Origin: Calcarisporiella thermophila CBS 279.70
Lineage: Eukaryota; Fungi; Calcarisporiellomycota
Direction of reading: 5' to 3'
Assembly (NCBI RefSeq): GCF_041956535.1
Contig: NW_027192192.1
Location: forward strand, 117,700-181,699
DNA: 64,000 nucleotides
The notes under the pieces were generated by a model. It searched no databases. It worked only from the letters and a program-made list of their open reading frames with translations, and was not told the DNA's origin. The translations under genes were made by a program, and so were the position numbers. This document shows, one piece after another, positions 54,542 through 64,000 of the stretch. Positions within the stretch are counted from its first letter, which is position 1. Each line of letters begins with the position of its first letter.

Positions 54542-56388
54542 TCACTGTCTTCGCCTCTTCGAGCCGTGAGTACTCTCGTCTCCCCGCCTCTCTCTTTCTA
54601 CTTCTTCTCCCTCCTCATCCTCATCACGTCGCTTCTTCCGACCAACAGTGCTGCGAGTCCGTTGCCGTGTTGACCTCTTAGGAGTCGTGGGTACTGGCGT
54701 GAAGATAGGGGCGTTTAGCCTCGATTCCTCCACAACCTGCGACTCAACCGTCTCAACCGTCTCGGCCGCCTCAGCCGTCGCAGTCTGGCGGGTGCGCTTG
54801 GTAGAAAGACTCAAGGCAGGCGTCTCCCTGGTAAAAATGGTCGAGGTGAAAGAGGCTATAGTCGCAAAGGGAGAAGTGCTTGTTGGAGCAATGGGTGAGG
54901 TCGTTGGTGTACCGGGCTGAACTACGCCCGAATCTGGCACTGTCCTCTCGCCTTCCTCCTCCTTTTGTTCCACTTCTTCAGTCACAACACGTCCCAGAAC
55001 ACGGACCCTCCGAATCCCCCCGTCTGGATAAATAGTTAGGCGGACATGCGAATAGATGTCGTCGCTTTTGCTTAATAGTAGGGTCTGCTTGCTGCCCCTC
55101 TCGACCTTAATCCGGGGGAGGATGATTGTCCAGTCTACATCCACATCCAAATCAGGATTATGCTCTGGCGTGTTGCATGCTTCTACTTGCACAAACTCAG
55201 GAGCAGAGCCGTCAAAATGTGTTGTATCGAGCTCGATTTTTTCCAATCGTCCAGCCGCTCCCAGCTTAATCACAACCCAGTCACGGTGACCCAGAGTTCG
55301 CGACCGCTGAGTTTCCCAACCTAAATAAGAATTCGAGGTGGGTATCGAGGGATTACTGGAGCTAGGCATAGGGAGTAGCAGGTTGGATATGCGGCCAAAA
55401 TACTGGTCGCTGCACGAGACGGCTCGTCCGCCGTGCCCAACGCTTGCTAGATCCACCAGCTTAGTAGTCTCAAACTTGGAGGGAGAGGGTTCTACTGTTC
55501 CATAGATGTGAAGACGCGACTAAAAAAGGGCCAAAAAAATAAGGCAAAAGTACACCTCGAGCGAAAACATGAGGGATGCTTACAATTGCACCATCGGGGT
55601 AAATCTTCAGGCGAATATGCGTGTATACATCATCTGGTGTGTCGGGCAAAGCATAGAGATGATGCGCATCACCACGCAATTTTACCTCCGGAAGAATGGT
55701 TTTCCACTATTGAAGCAGATGGATATTGTAATCACTCTACTCTTTATCGCCTTGATAAAAACTAAAGATGCCTTACCTCGAAATCCGCTTCGTTATTAGA
55801 GGGCGAGAAGCACGCTTCAATTGAGGCGCGCTGAGCATGATTGCCCCCGTCGATAAGAGATGTGTCAATGTCGAAGCCTGCAATTGTTCCCGAAAATCCT
55901 AGCTTAATAATAACCCTGTTTCCTCGTGCAAAAATAAAAAGTCACTAACGGTGCACAGCAGGAAAAACTATCCAACGCTCACCAGTCGAAGGGCTTATCG
56001 TTGTGACGACGAGTCTCCCAAGCATCATATCGTGCAATGTTTTTGCCTGTTATTCCCCGAAGCAATAACAAATCAATAAAGTTGAACGCTATTGTAAATA
56101 AAAGCAACGATTCATTGTACCTTTGCTTTTTTCGAGCTTCTCGGGTGAGGATGCTTTAATGAGATTCTCGGCAGCAGAAAAGTGCTCATTACTGCACGCG
56201 AGGATGCTTGCGCCCAGACTTTCGTTGGCGAGATCTAATCAAAACAAACATATCCTGGGCTAAATACTCGCATGGGCAGAGAACAAAGGCGGATGGGGCA
56301 TACCAATATAGTCGCTCAGCACGCTCCGATCGAGCTTCGCAGCATCGAGCTTGACATACGGCTGGGTAGTACTCTGCGCGTTTCCCAT
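54542..56388 (-). CDS. Allantoicase-like protein with N-terminal MGxxxS and a C-terminal low-complexity/basic extension (multi-exon)
   Basis: Two allantoicase repeats: DLAN..CSNEHF..DAWETRRHN..DWVIIKLG..YPDG and DLAS..CSDQYFG..GWETQR..DWVVIKLG..YPDGGIRRVRVLG. Confidence 0.85.
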
Positions 56389-56622
56389 TTTGTGTATACA
56401 GCTACAATATTCAGCAAGTTGAAACGCGTTTTATTTCCTTTTTTTTTTCTACGGAACAAAAAAAATAACGCGAAAAATTATCGCGGAAAAATTCTAAATT
56501 TTGTTTGTGCAACCTATGTCAGTTGAGCTCAACAATTGAAGGAGGGCTGGAGCCCTCTGAGAGCTCCAAAACCAAAGTGCGACTTTATTGAACATGGAAC
56601 ACTGTTTAATTATATAGACATT

Positions 56623-57509
56623 TTACTCATGTAGCAGTACATATTCACGAGTGCTAAACCCAAATTTCAGCACGTCTTTCATCTTCAACTCATAATAGCG
56701 CGACCCAGGAATGCGCTCTCCGTTGACGTATGTGCCATTTGTCGACTCAAGGTCAATAATAAACGGTCTGCCGATAAACAAGTCATTAGTCCACACATGG
56801 AGGGCCAGTTCTGGTGTAAAAAGGAGATTTACTTCACTATCCGTTTATGCTGGAACTCCTTCTCGTCGAAGACCTGTATTTGCTTAAACTGTAAGACTGC
56901 GTGCTGTTTTGAGCAGGAGGGGTGGTCGACTGGAATATCCACAACCTATTGTGATAAGCATTCTATTGAGATCTCATTCCATTTACATTAAAATAGCATA
57001 GCTTTTACCAGTCTTTCCCTCCCAATCAAAAATGCGCTCTGCCTATATATATGAAGAGTGTCGAGCATTTCTTTGTCCTTAAAGACATAAAGCCTCCATT
57101 TAGAATCTGGTTTTCTAGCTTCGGGTGGCTCATGGTACTTGAGCTCGACTCCATTGACTGTTTTCGTCTCTGCAGCAAGCTTGCCTGAGAGGCCGAAGTT
57201 TGGCTTTTCTTTTGGCTGTTCTTCTTCCTTTCGAGGTTTGCTCTCATTGCTATCTCTTAGCCGCTCGCCTCGATCTCGATCTCGATTGCGATCGCGAGAA
57301 TGTGAATGTGGATGGGAGCGTGAACCTGAATTTGATCTTGAACGTGATCTAGAGTAAGATCGCTTGCGGTGTGATGAAGAGGGGCTGTAGGATCGACGTG
57401 AAGATCTTCCTCGTGATCGGTATTCAGGAGAGCGACTACGTTCCCGTCGAGAAAGGCTGCGCCGTCGTGGAGGAGAGGAGCTATAATCCCGTTTCCGCGG
57501 CGACGCCAT
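56623..57509 (-). CDS. SNIP1: Smad nuclear-interacting protein 1 / Pml1 (RES complex FHA protein)
   Basis: RS-rich N-terminus, KPNFGLSGKLAAE, YHEPPEARKP..WRLYVFK, FHA motifs IGRE, HPSCSKQHA and DLESTNGT, ending FSTREYVLLHE*. Confidence 0.95.
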
Positions 57510-57532
57510 TATTATGTTGAAGAAGAGGATAT

Positions 57533-59302
57533 GGGAGATTCCAAGCCTGAGCAGACATACTGGATTTAGAAATTAGAGAATCAAGGTTTCAGAAATATCT
57601 GCAACTGTTAATCCATTAAAAATTCGTTAATTAAAGTAATAATTCTTGAAAACTTTTGCTTTGCATTCTTCATCAAAAATTGTACACCGAATTTATACTA
57701 GCTTATATACCTATTATATCGTGATTTTATCTTCATTATGGCAACTCTTTCGACTTCCATTCCTCGTTTTATTTCTCAGTTTGGGACTCGTTTCTTGCCA
57801 AATGCTACACGGAAAAATGGCAAAGCGACTTTAAAAGCTACCTCATCTTCTCTTGCTTACAAAGAACAATTAGACTGCATTGCTCAATTCTTTTTTCATT
57901 CCAGATATGGGATGCTTTTGTATACTCATTTACCTGAACACACAGATAATCCTTATCATCATACCCTAAGTCAACTTACAGTGCTATAGAGAGGTGAAAG
58001 TAATGAGATAAGAAAAAAGCTGTTTTCTGTAGTTTCTGAGAAGTTTCCCCGGGAATTTCTAAGGCGGCTGGGCTTTAGGTTTGATAATAACAAATCGCGA
58101 ACTGATTGGGTAGTTGAATCGAAATCTGTATCTGTATCTGTTTTACTTCACAGGGTAATGTCTGGTTTACAAACCATACTTACTTTCTACTAATTTGCGA
58201 TTATCTATTATACACAGACGATACACGACTGAATGGGGGGGCAGTCGAATAAACAGAATGTTCCAACTCCCACTCTAGACACAAAACGAGCAGTAAAGCG
58301 CAAACCAGGTCAATATTCTTTCAGAATATTCCTATAAATATTTTTGCTTATTAAGTATACCTTTTTTTAGTGCCCAAAGCTGTTTTGGATTTTCTTATGG
58401 AGTCATCTCGGATTGCAGCAAATAGAGTACTAAAAAGGAAGAGAGAGGAGGAGATAGAGGAAGAGGCTGACGAAGGGTATGATGGTGAGAGATATATCCA
58501 GGTTCAGTATTTGAACGATACAAAATTGAACATCTTCAAGAGATTTAAAATTTCTCAACCCGATTTCAAGATCTCAAAGTCAAAATTTTATACTTTAATT
58601 CCGAAAAGCTTTAAGAAATCATGTAAGGAAACGGACATGTGTGAGGTGTGCGTCGAAGGCAAGAAGAATATCGATAATCTGCGCCGTATACATCGAGAAA
58701 TCTATAATGATTGCATTGGAAATTGTTTCACGGGAGATGTAGAGCTTTGTGAACGAGAAGCTACTGATGTGGATAAAAACGGACTCGAGAAACTGAAGGA
58801 GAAAGTTGCTATCTATACTTACCATCAGCGCTTTGTGAATGAGAGAAAGTCGAGGTTTGAGAAAAATTCTAGAGAACTCGATGAGGACAAGAGAATACAT
58901 ATCATGGATTTCAACTATATAGGTTTTCGAGTATGGTCTGCGTATTACGGTAAGTATCGTGGTAAGTAATAGTTTATACATATATATAATAAATAAATTA
59001 AATATCGAGGTAAATAGTAGGGTAAGTACTGGTATATTGTTAGGAGAAGTTTTAGGTTAGTAAATAAAGTAAAACGTACTAGAGGAAGGGAAAGTTTTGA
59101 TGGTGGTTTTTAGAAAGCTACTACAAGAGATTGTGTATCGATTGTACTAAAAATGAGAGCTCAAGGATGGATATTTGCAGAGTTATTAGTTCTCTAATTT
59201 GCAATAATACTAGATATTTATATCTAAATTGCTAGTTCAGCCAAATTTCATAATACTAATTTCTAAATCTCTGATTCTGTCTGATTTTTTGTGGAAACTC
59301 CC
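57533..59302 (+). mobile_element. Defective DNA transposon with imperfect TIRs and a transposase remnant (Sola-like, tentative)
   Basis: The left end GGGAGATTCCA..CAGACA..GATTTAGAAATTAG resembles the reverse complement of the right end GGGAGTTTCCA..CAGACA..GATTTAGAAATTAG. The internal ORF 58370-58969 has SKSKFY..P..TDMCEVC..H..IMDF and is truncated at the first putative catalytic D. No clean TSD is present. Confidence 0.65.
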
Positions 59303-59774
59303 AAACACAATAGAAACCAAAATTCTGGCAGATTGCTGCAGAGAAATAATTTTGCCGGATATATACCCCAGAGTGGGAAGATAATTATTGGGCTGTTCCT
59401 CCCGTTCCGCCTTTCCTCTACAAAGTACGCTATTCGAGATATCTATCTTTTTTCAGACACAAGGGTAATATTTTTTGTATTTGTGAATAAGAAATGAATT
59501 GCCAAACTATGAGAATTTCACACATCTTTTCGCACATCCGGTAGTCAAAAGGGGAAGAATGCATTTTTCTCCAAGTTGTGAGGTGGGTGATTGCTTTGGT
59601 CCCCTTGAATAAGAATAATAGAGCTTTATAGGCGAATTAGAGCTCAACACAAAGTGTTGCGAAGAGGTACAGCATTAAATACGGTATAAAAAACTGCAAA
59701 CTAAAAACTGTTTTGTGCGATAAATTATTTGAATCTGCTAAATAAATTAAGTAAAATAAAGTAAAATATCTGAA

Positions 59775-60907
59775 GGGTAATTCTATTTGTACCCGGGTAT
59801 AACTATTAATTACCGCTAAATTGGTTAATTACTGCTAAGTTGGTTAATTATTTTGCTTTATTTAACAGCAAGTCACACTTTTACTTTTATTATTTTCAAG
59901 TTGAGCGTAACCTTTATAATTTAAATCTTTTCATTCTCCTTTGTAAAAATGACTATCATCTCCATTTCTAATCTCAAATCCCGTATGTTCAAAGATCGAG
60001 ACGAAGTAACTGAATGGACGAACGATTACGTAGTTAGTATTGGGTTTGAATGGAGGGTAGAACGCTAAGATCTTACTACTGGATTCCTCACTGCTCTAAC
60101 TTTTATGTTCACGATCAGGCCAACACAGTTCGAATAACGAAATACCTATGAGAAATGTATCAGCAGTGAAATGCGATTGTCCTTTAATATTGCGATTTCG
60201 ATTTTCAAACGCCGTAAATGTCTATCGCGTTACCTCTGGTAATATCGAGCATAATCATCCTTTGAAGCCCGAGGATATTCGATTTGCTCGCAGATTTCGT
60301 AGACCCGACCCTGAAACAGTTCAGTTTACTCAGAACGTTGTTCAATTTGGAGGTAATGTTTCTCTCGCAACTCGTCTTGTTCGTAGCCAGATTGAATCCA
60401 TTCAAGCTAAGGATATCCATAATGCTTTAGCGACAACTGCTAGAAGAGAAAAGGGTGAGCTGTCCGAAATTGTTGCCTTGTTGACCAAGCTTGAGAATAT
60501 AGCCGAATATACCGTCAAATACATATTGGAAAATGGCAAGCTGCAAAACATATTTTGGGTGCGTAACTTGCATGTTTCACTTGCGGACAAGTGTCCTGAG
60601 GTCGTGATTGATGATAGTACCTATCTCACCAACCACTTCAACCTTCCTTGCTTGGTTTTAGTCGGTGTAGATGAAAATATCAAAACGTTTTTGATGGGAA
60701 TTGCGCTACTATAACGCGAATCTACCCATGCATTTATGCGGGGGCTCCAGCAACCTATATCTTGTTTGAAAAGAGAATCAACTGAGAGTATACGAACAGT
60801 GATTAGCGATTCAGACCCAGCGTTCATAAGTGCTGTCCGTAATGTTATCCCACCTAACCAACTTAGCAGTAATTAATAGTTATTCCCGGGTACAAATAGA
60901 ATTACTC
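59775..60907 (+). mobile_element. Internally deleted Mutator-like element (MULE) with ~53-bp TIRs
   Basis: TIR G(G/A)GTAATTCTATTTGTACCCGGG(T/A)ATAACTATTAATTAC.GCTAA.TTGGTTA at both ends. The internal frame carries a FAR1-type C..HNH motif and the MULE DDE start DSTYLTN..LP..VGVD..ISDSDPAF. There is a stop at 60712-60714 and no third catalytic residue. Confidence 0.9.
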
Positions 60908-61795
60908 ATTCAAAATTTCAAATATATTTATTCTACCCCGCTTTTTTTAAATAAAAACTTTTTCGGCCCCCAGAGCCCGATAAAACATTAGTATAGGAAC
61001 TGTAACATTTGCAGCTCCTCTCCAGATATTGAACTTACTTTAAAGTATTATGTGTTGGATACACAGTATCTTGCTGTTTATAACATGTCATTTCACATCA
61101 ATATTTGAGAATTTCGTTAGGATAATGCTATAATAATGATTTCCTTTTATGTACTTATTATGACTTGTAAATGTGTTGTTTTAAATCCATTTCCATAAAA
61201 TATTCGATTTTTTTGTTTTATTTCCCTCGTCCTTCCCATTTTCAATTAAGGTAATTTTGTCTACCCTGTAGAACCGTTAAAACAGGTTCCAAGCAATGTC
61301 CAAGAGCTATCCCTTCATTTCATACAAAAAGGACAAAAGAGTAATGTAAATGAATTACCCCATTATTGCAGAAGTATTAGGGAATAAAAAATATCGAATT
61401 AAGTCGACAGTTATTACAGCTATTGAGATAAACTCTCACAAGCGTAAATGCTTTTGTTTTTTTATTTTGACTTTCATATGAATAAATTTCAAAATGCAGT
61501 AATTAATTTGCCTTCGATCCACCTTTTGCATAAAATAAAATCAATTTTGATATTGCTGTATACTGTTATTACTACAACAAATAAACCACTATTTATGTAA
61601 AAGTGCAGGAAATATAAAAAAAACGGGTCCATGCTAAGATATCGAGAGTGATTGAGCTAAGCCTTTTAGAGGGGAGAAGTTGCCCCCCAGCATCCTTATT
61701 TAATATTCAAAGGAGCATGGTTAGCCCCTATTTTATCTACCCTTCTCTTATTATATACTCATAATTTTCCTTATTGTGTCAGATTTTGTTACAAC

Positions 61796-62647
61796 ATGAG
61801 AGTTACACAATTAACATGGTTGGCATTCTACTTCATTGCAACACGAGCCATCGCCGTTGTCATTGTAGAAGAGTCATTTGGTGGACAAACCCTAAAAGAC
61901 CCCTCCCAATGGTACAGTACATATGAGGGGCCGGGTGACCCTACTGGATGGGCTTGCCTGACTGCTGCATCTGGAGAACAAGGTCCTCTCCATGCATGTA
62001 AGGGTGGAATAGGAGTGGACAGACCAGGAGATGGCTCATTGCGTCTAACAAATCACGAAACTTTTCAAAATGGTTTCATTCTGAACCATAGAGCTCTGCC
62101 TTCGGAAAAAGGGCTCCGTATAGATCTCGGATTCTCATTTTATGGATCTGCGACGGCCCCTAATTCTGCTGATGGTGTCAGTATCTTTCTGCTGGATGCG
62201 GATAAACCGCTTCCTCCCGTACCCGGAAGATATGGAGGAGGATTAGGTTACATTGGAATTGAGGGAGGGTATATTGGCATTGGTCTCGATGAATTTGGAA
62301 ATTTCTCTAGAGATAGGGTTAGAGAACCTAATTCAATCGCTATCAGGGGCTCAACCAATTCAGGAAATCGATTACTAAAGGTCAGTCGACTCAGTGGAGA
62401 CCAGCGAATCTCAGTACCAGAAACGAAGAACTATAGAGAGGCGGAGCGTAAAATTAGCATTGAGCTATCGCCTACTGGACACATTGGGGTCTATATTGAC
62501 TTTAAGGATGGTAAAGGTCTTATTCTGGTTGCCGAGGCTGAAAATCCTGGTGTTCCTCGAGCTGTTCGACTTGGTATTGCTGGTAGCACCGGGAGCTATA
62601 CTAGTATTCATGAAGTGTTTGATCTCAAGATAGAAACTTTACAATAG
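61796..62647 (+). CDS. Secreted L-type (ConA-like) lectin-domain protein of bacterial type, intronless
   Basis: Signal peptide followed by ACLTA, GSLRLT, ADGVSIFL, GGGLGY, GYIGIGLDEFGNFS, PNSIAIRG and LGIAGSTG..IHEV, the motif order of bacterial L-type lectin domains. Confidence 0.8.
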   Translation: MRVTQLTWLAFYFIATRAIAVVIVEESFGGQTLKDPSQWYSTYEGPGDPTGWACLTAASGEQGPLHACKGGIGVDRPGDGSLRLTNHETFQNGFILNHRALPSEKGLRIDLGFSFYGSATAPNSADGVSIFLLDADKPLPPVPGRYGGGLGYIGIEGGYIGIGLDEFGNFSRDRVREPNSIAIRGSTNSGNRLLKVSRLSGDQRISVPETKNYREAERKISIELSPTGHIGVYIDFKDGKGLILVAEAENPGVPRAVRLGIAGSTGSYTSIHEVFDLKIETLQ

Positions 62648-62918
62648 CAGTTTTTAATTAAATTAGCCTACATATTAAATTACATAGTTTCTAATATAAT
62701 CATAACTCCAAGTTTTTTTTCTAATAATTTTTAAGTAGAGGGATACTAATAATTCTCAATTGTAACGAGGTGTAGCGGTTTTTTTTTTGGTAGACTTAAT
62801 AAATATAGAAATTAGGTGAAAATCATAAAACATAACTAAGGAAGCAAATAGTCAAAAAAAAAAAAAATCGTATGATCCTTACAGAAAATTTGGATATATT
62901 AGATCCAGTTTTTTTGTA

Positions 62919-64000
62919 GGGAGATTCCAAGCCTGAGTAGACAAACTAGATTGGGAGATTCCAGAATGAACCAGACGAAAAATATATAAGGAAATAAGGA
63001 TTACGAGATTTGATTGTCCTAGATATTTAAGTAGTATATCTTTAATATTTTGTCCTTCTTTTGAGAGCTAATAACTCCACCAATATACATCCAAATGCCC
63101 TCATTTTTGATGCAATGAATACTCTTTTTCTTGCCGGTTCTTTTTGGAAAACAAATGCAAAATTTTCCCTTCCCTTAGTAGTGTTATACAAAGTTGCTAA
63201 CCTACCCTAAAGCCCACCTGGTTATGTTGGTGGCCTTTTTCTTCCACTCTTGAACCCCCTAATAAGCAGGATAGAGAGGTATACAACAGCGTTCGAAGTA
63301 GGAGGAGCCTCAGAGAGGGTAAGGTTTTGGCCCACCATCAACTAAAATTAACCTACTTTCTCAGAGGAAATTAACCGTTGCTCCCGAACCTCTATCCTGG
63401 CCAGGAATTTTCCCCTTTATATGTATGAAGAAGAAATGCGAGGCAAGAAATCCACAGTAGACCGCTAAGGAAGCGGGGTGGTATTCCCAGCTTCAACCAA
63501 ACCCCCTTGGGTTCTAATGTAAATTTTAATTCCTTGACTCCATTTCTTCTTTTGACCCCCACGCTCTCTTCCTACCTCCTATCCACCAACTCATATACGC
63601 CAATCTATATAATCACAACGACAACCTTATCAACCGCTTACATAGGCCGTCCATATCCAGCTCTCGTGCAAGCGACTCAACCCTATATAGATACCTTTTA
63701 ACCCCGGGGACCCTCTTGCTATCTTCTTTCGATACTGGAGGCCGCTTTGTTTCCCTAGTGTCCTTCTTTATCAGAATTTTCGATATTATCGGTACCCATT
63801 CGTCTCGTGACGAGGAGCTGCACGCGAATATTGAATTATTTCTACAAGAAAATGAGAAGTATGTCGAAATGTTTTTGATTGACAAAACCTTGAGTGATTC
63901 GGGTCTTTAGGCCCTTTCATAGTCGAAAAACTTTATCGAAAGTTTTGTCTCTGGTTCTCTGCCATTGTTGGTTGTTCCAAGCGGCCTTCAAAAGAAGAAA
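62919..64000. mobile_element. Decayed copy of the same repeat family as 375-1405 and 57533-59302 (runs off window)
   Basis: Begins GGGAGATTCCAAGCCTGAGTAGACA, nearly identical to 57533. A second GGGAGATTCCA occurs at 62953, and colinear blocks are shared with 456-1405. Confidence 0.72.

Overview
Intron-rich eukaryotic DNA with short GT-AG introns. Gene content and intron style suggest an early-diverging (Mucoromycota-like) fungus, which is an inference. A gene-dense block (about 1.6-57.5 kb) carries DIS3, VPS11, a FYVE protein, a MiT/TFE/Rtg3-like bHLH, mitochondrial S7, a RasGEF-like protein, eIF2B-epsilon, RNA14, a Sec7-PH ArfGEF, a HAL/NPR kinase, SEC23, an allantoicase-like gene and SNIP1/Pml1. 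AT-rich, decayed DNA-transposon sequence lies on both sides of this block. The highlight is an 8.7-kb run of five adjacent genes (10171-18850) that reads as a copper-acquisition gene cluster. It contains a Ctr transporter with a Cys-Met ectodomain, a head-to-head GPI-anchored paralog of that ectodomain with the same intron position, a GPI-anchored bacterial-type YcnI/DUF1775 His-brace protein, a DOMON-cytochrome b561 reductase and an omega-type (CPYA) GST. Other notable items are a 40-aa single-C2H2-finger microprotein hidden in a 5-kb gene desert, eight acidic WxGY repeats in the RasGEF-like tail, an eIF4A pseudogene, and an intronless bacterial-like L-type lectin gene between transposon relics. 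All gene models were spliced by eye, so outer coordinates are more reliable than internal ones.
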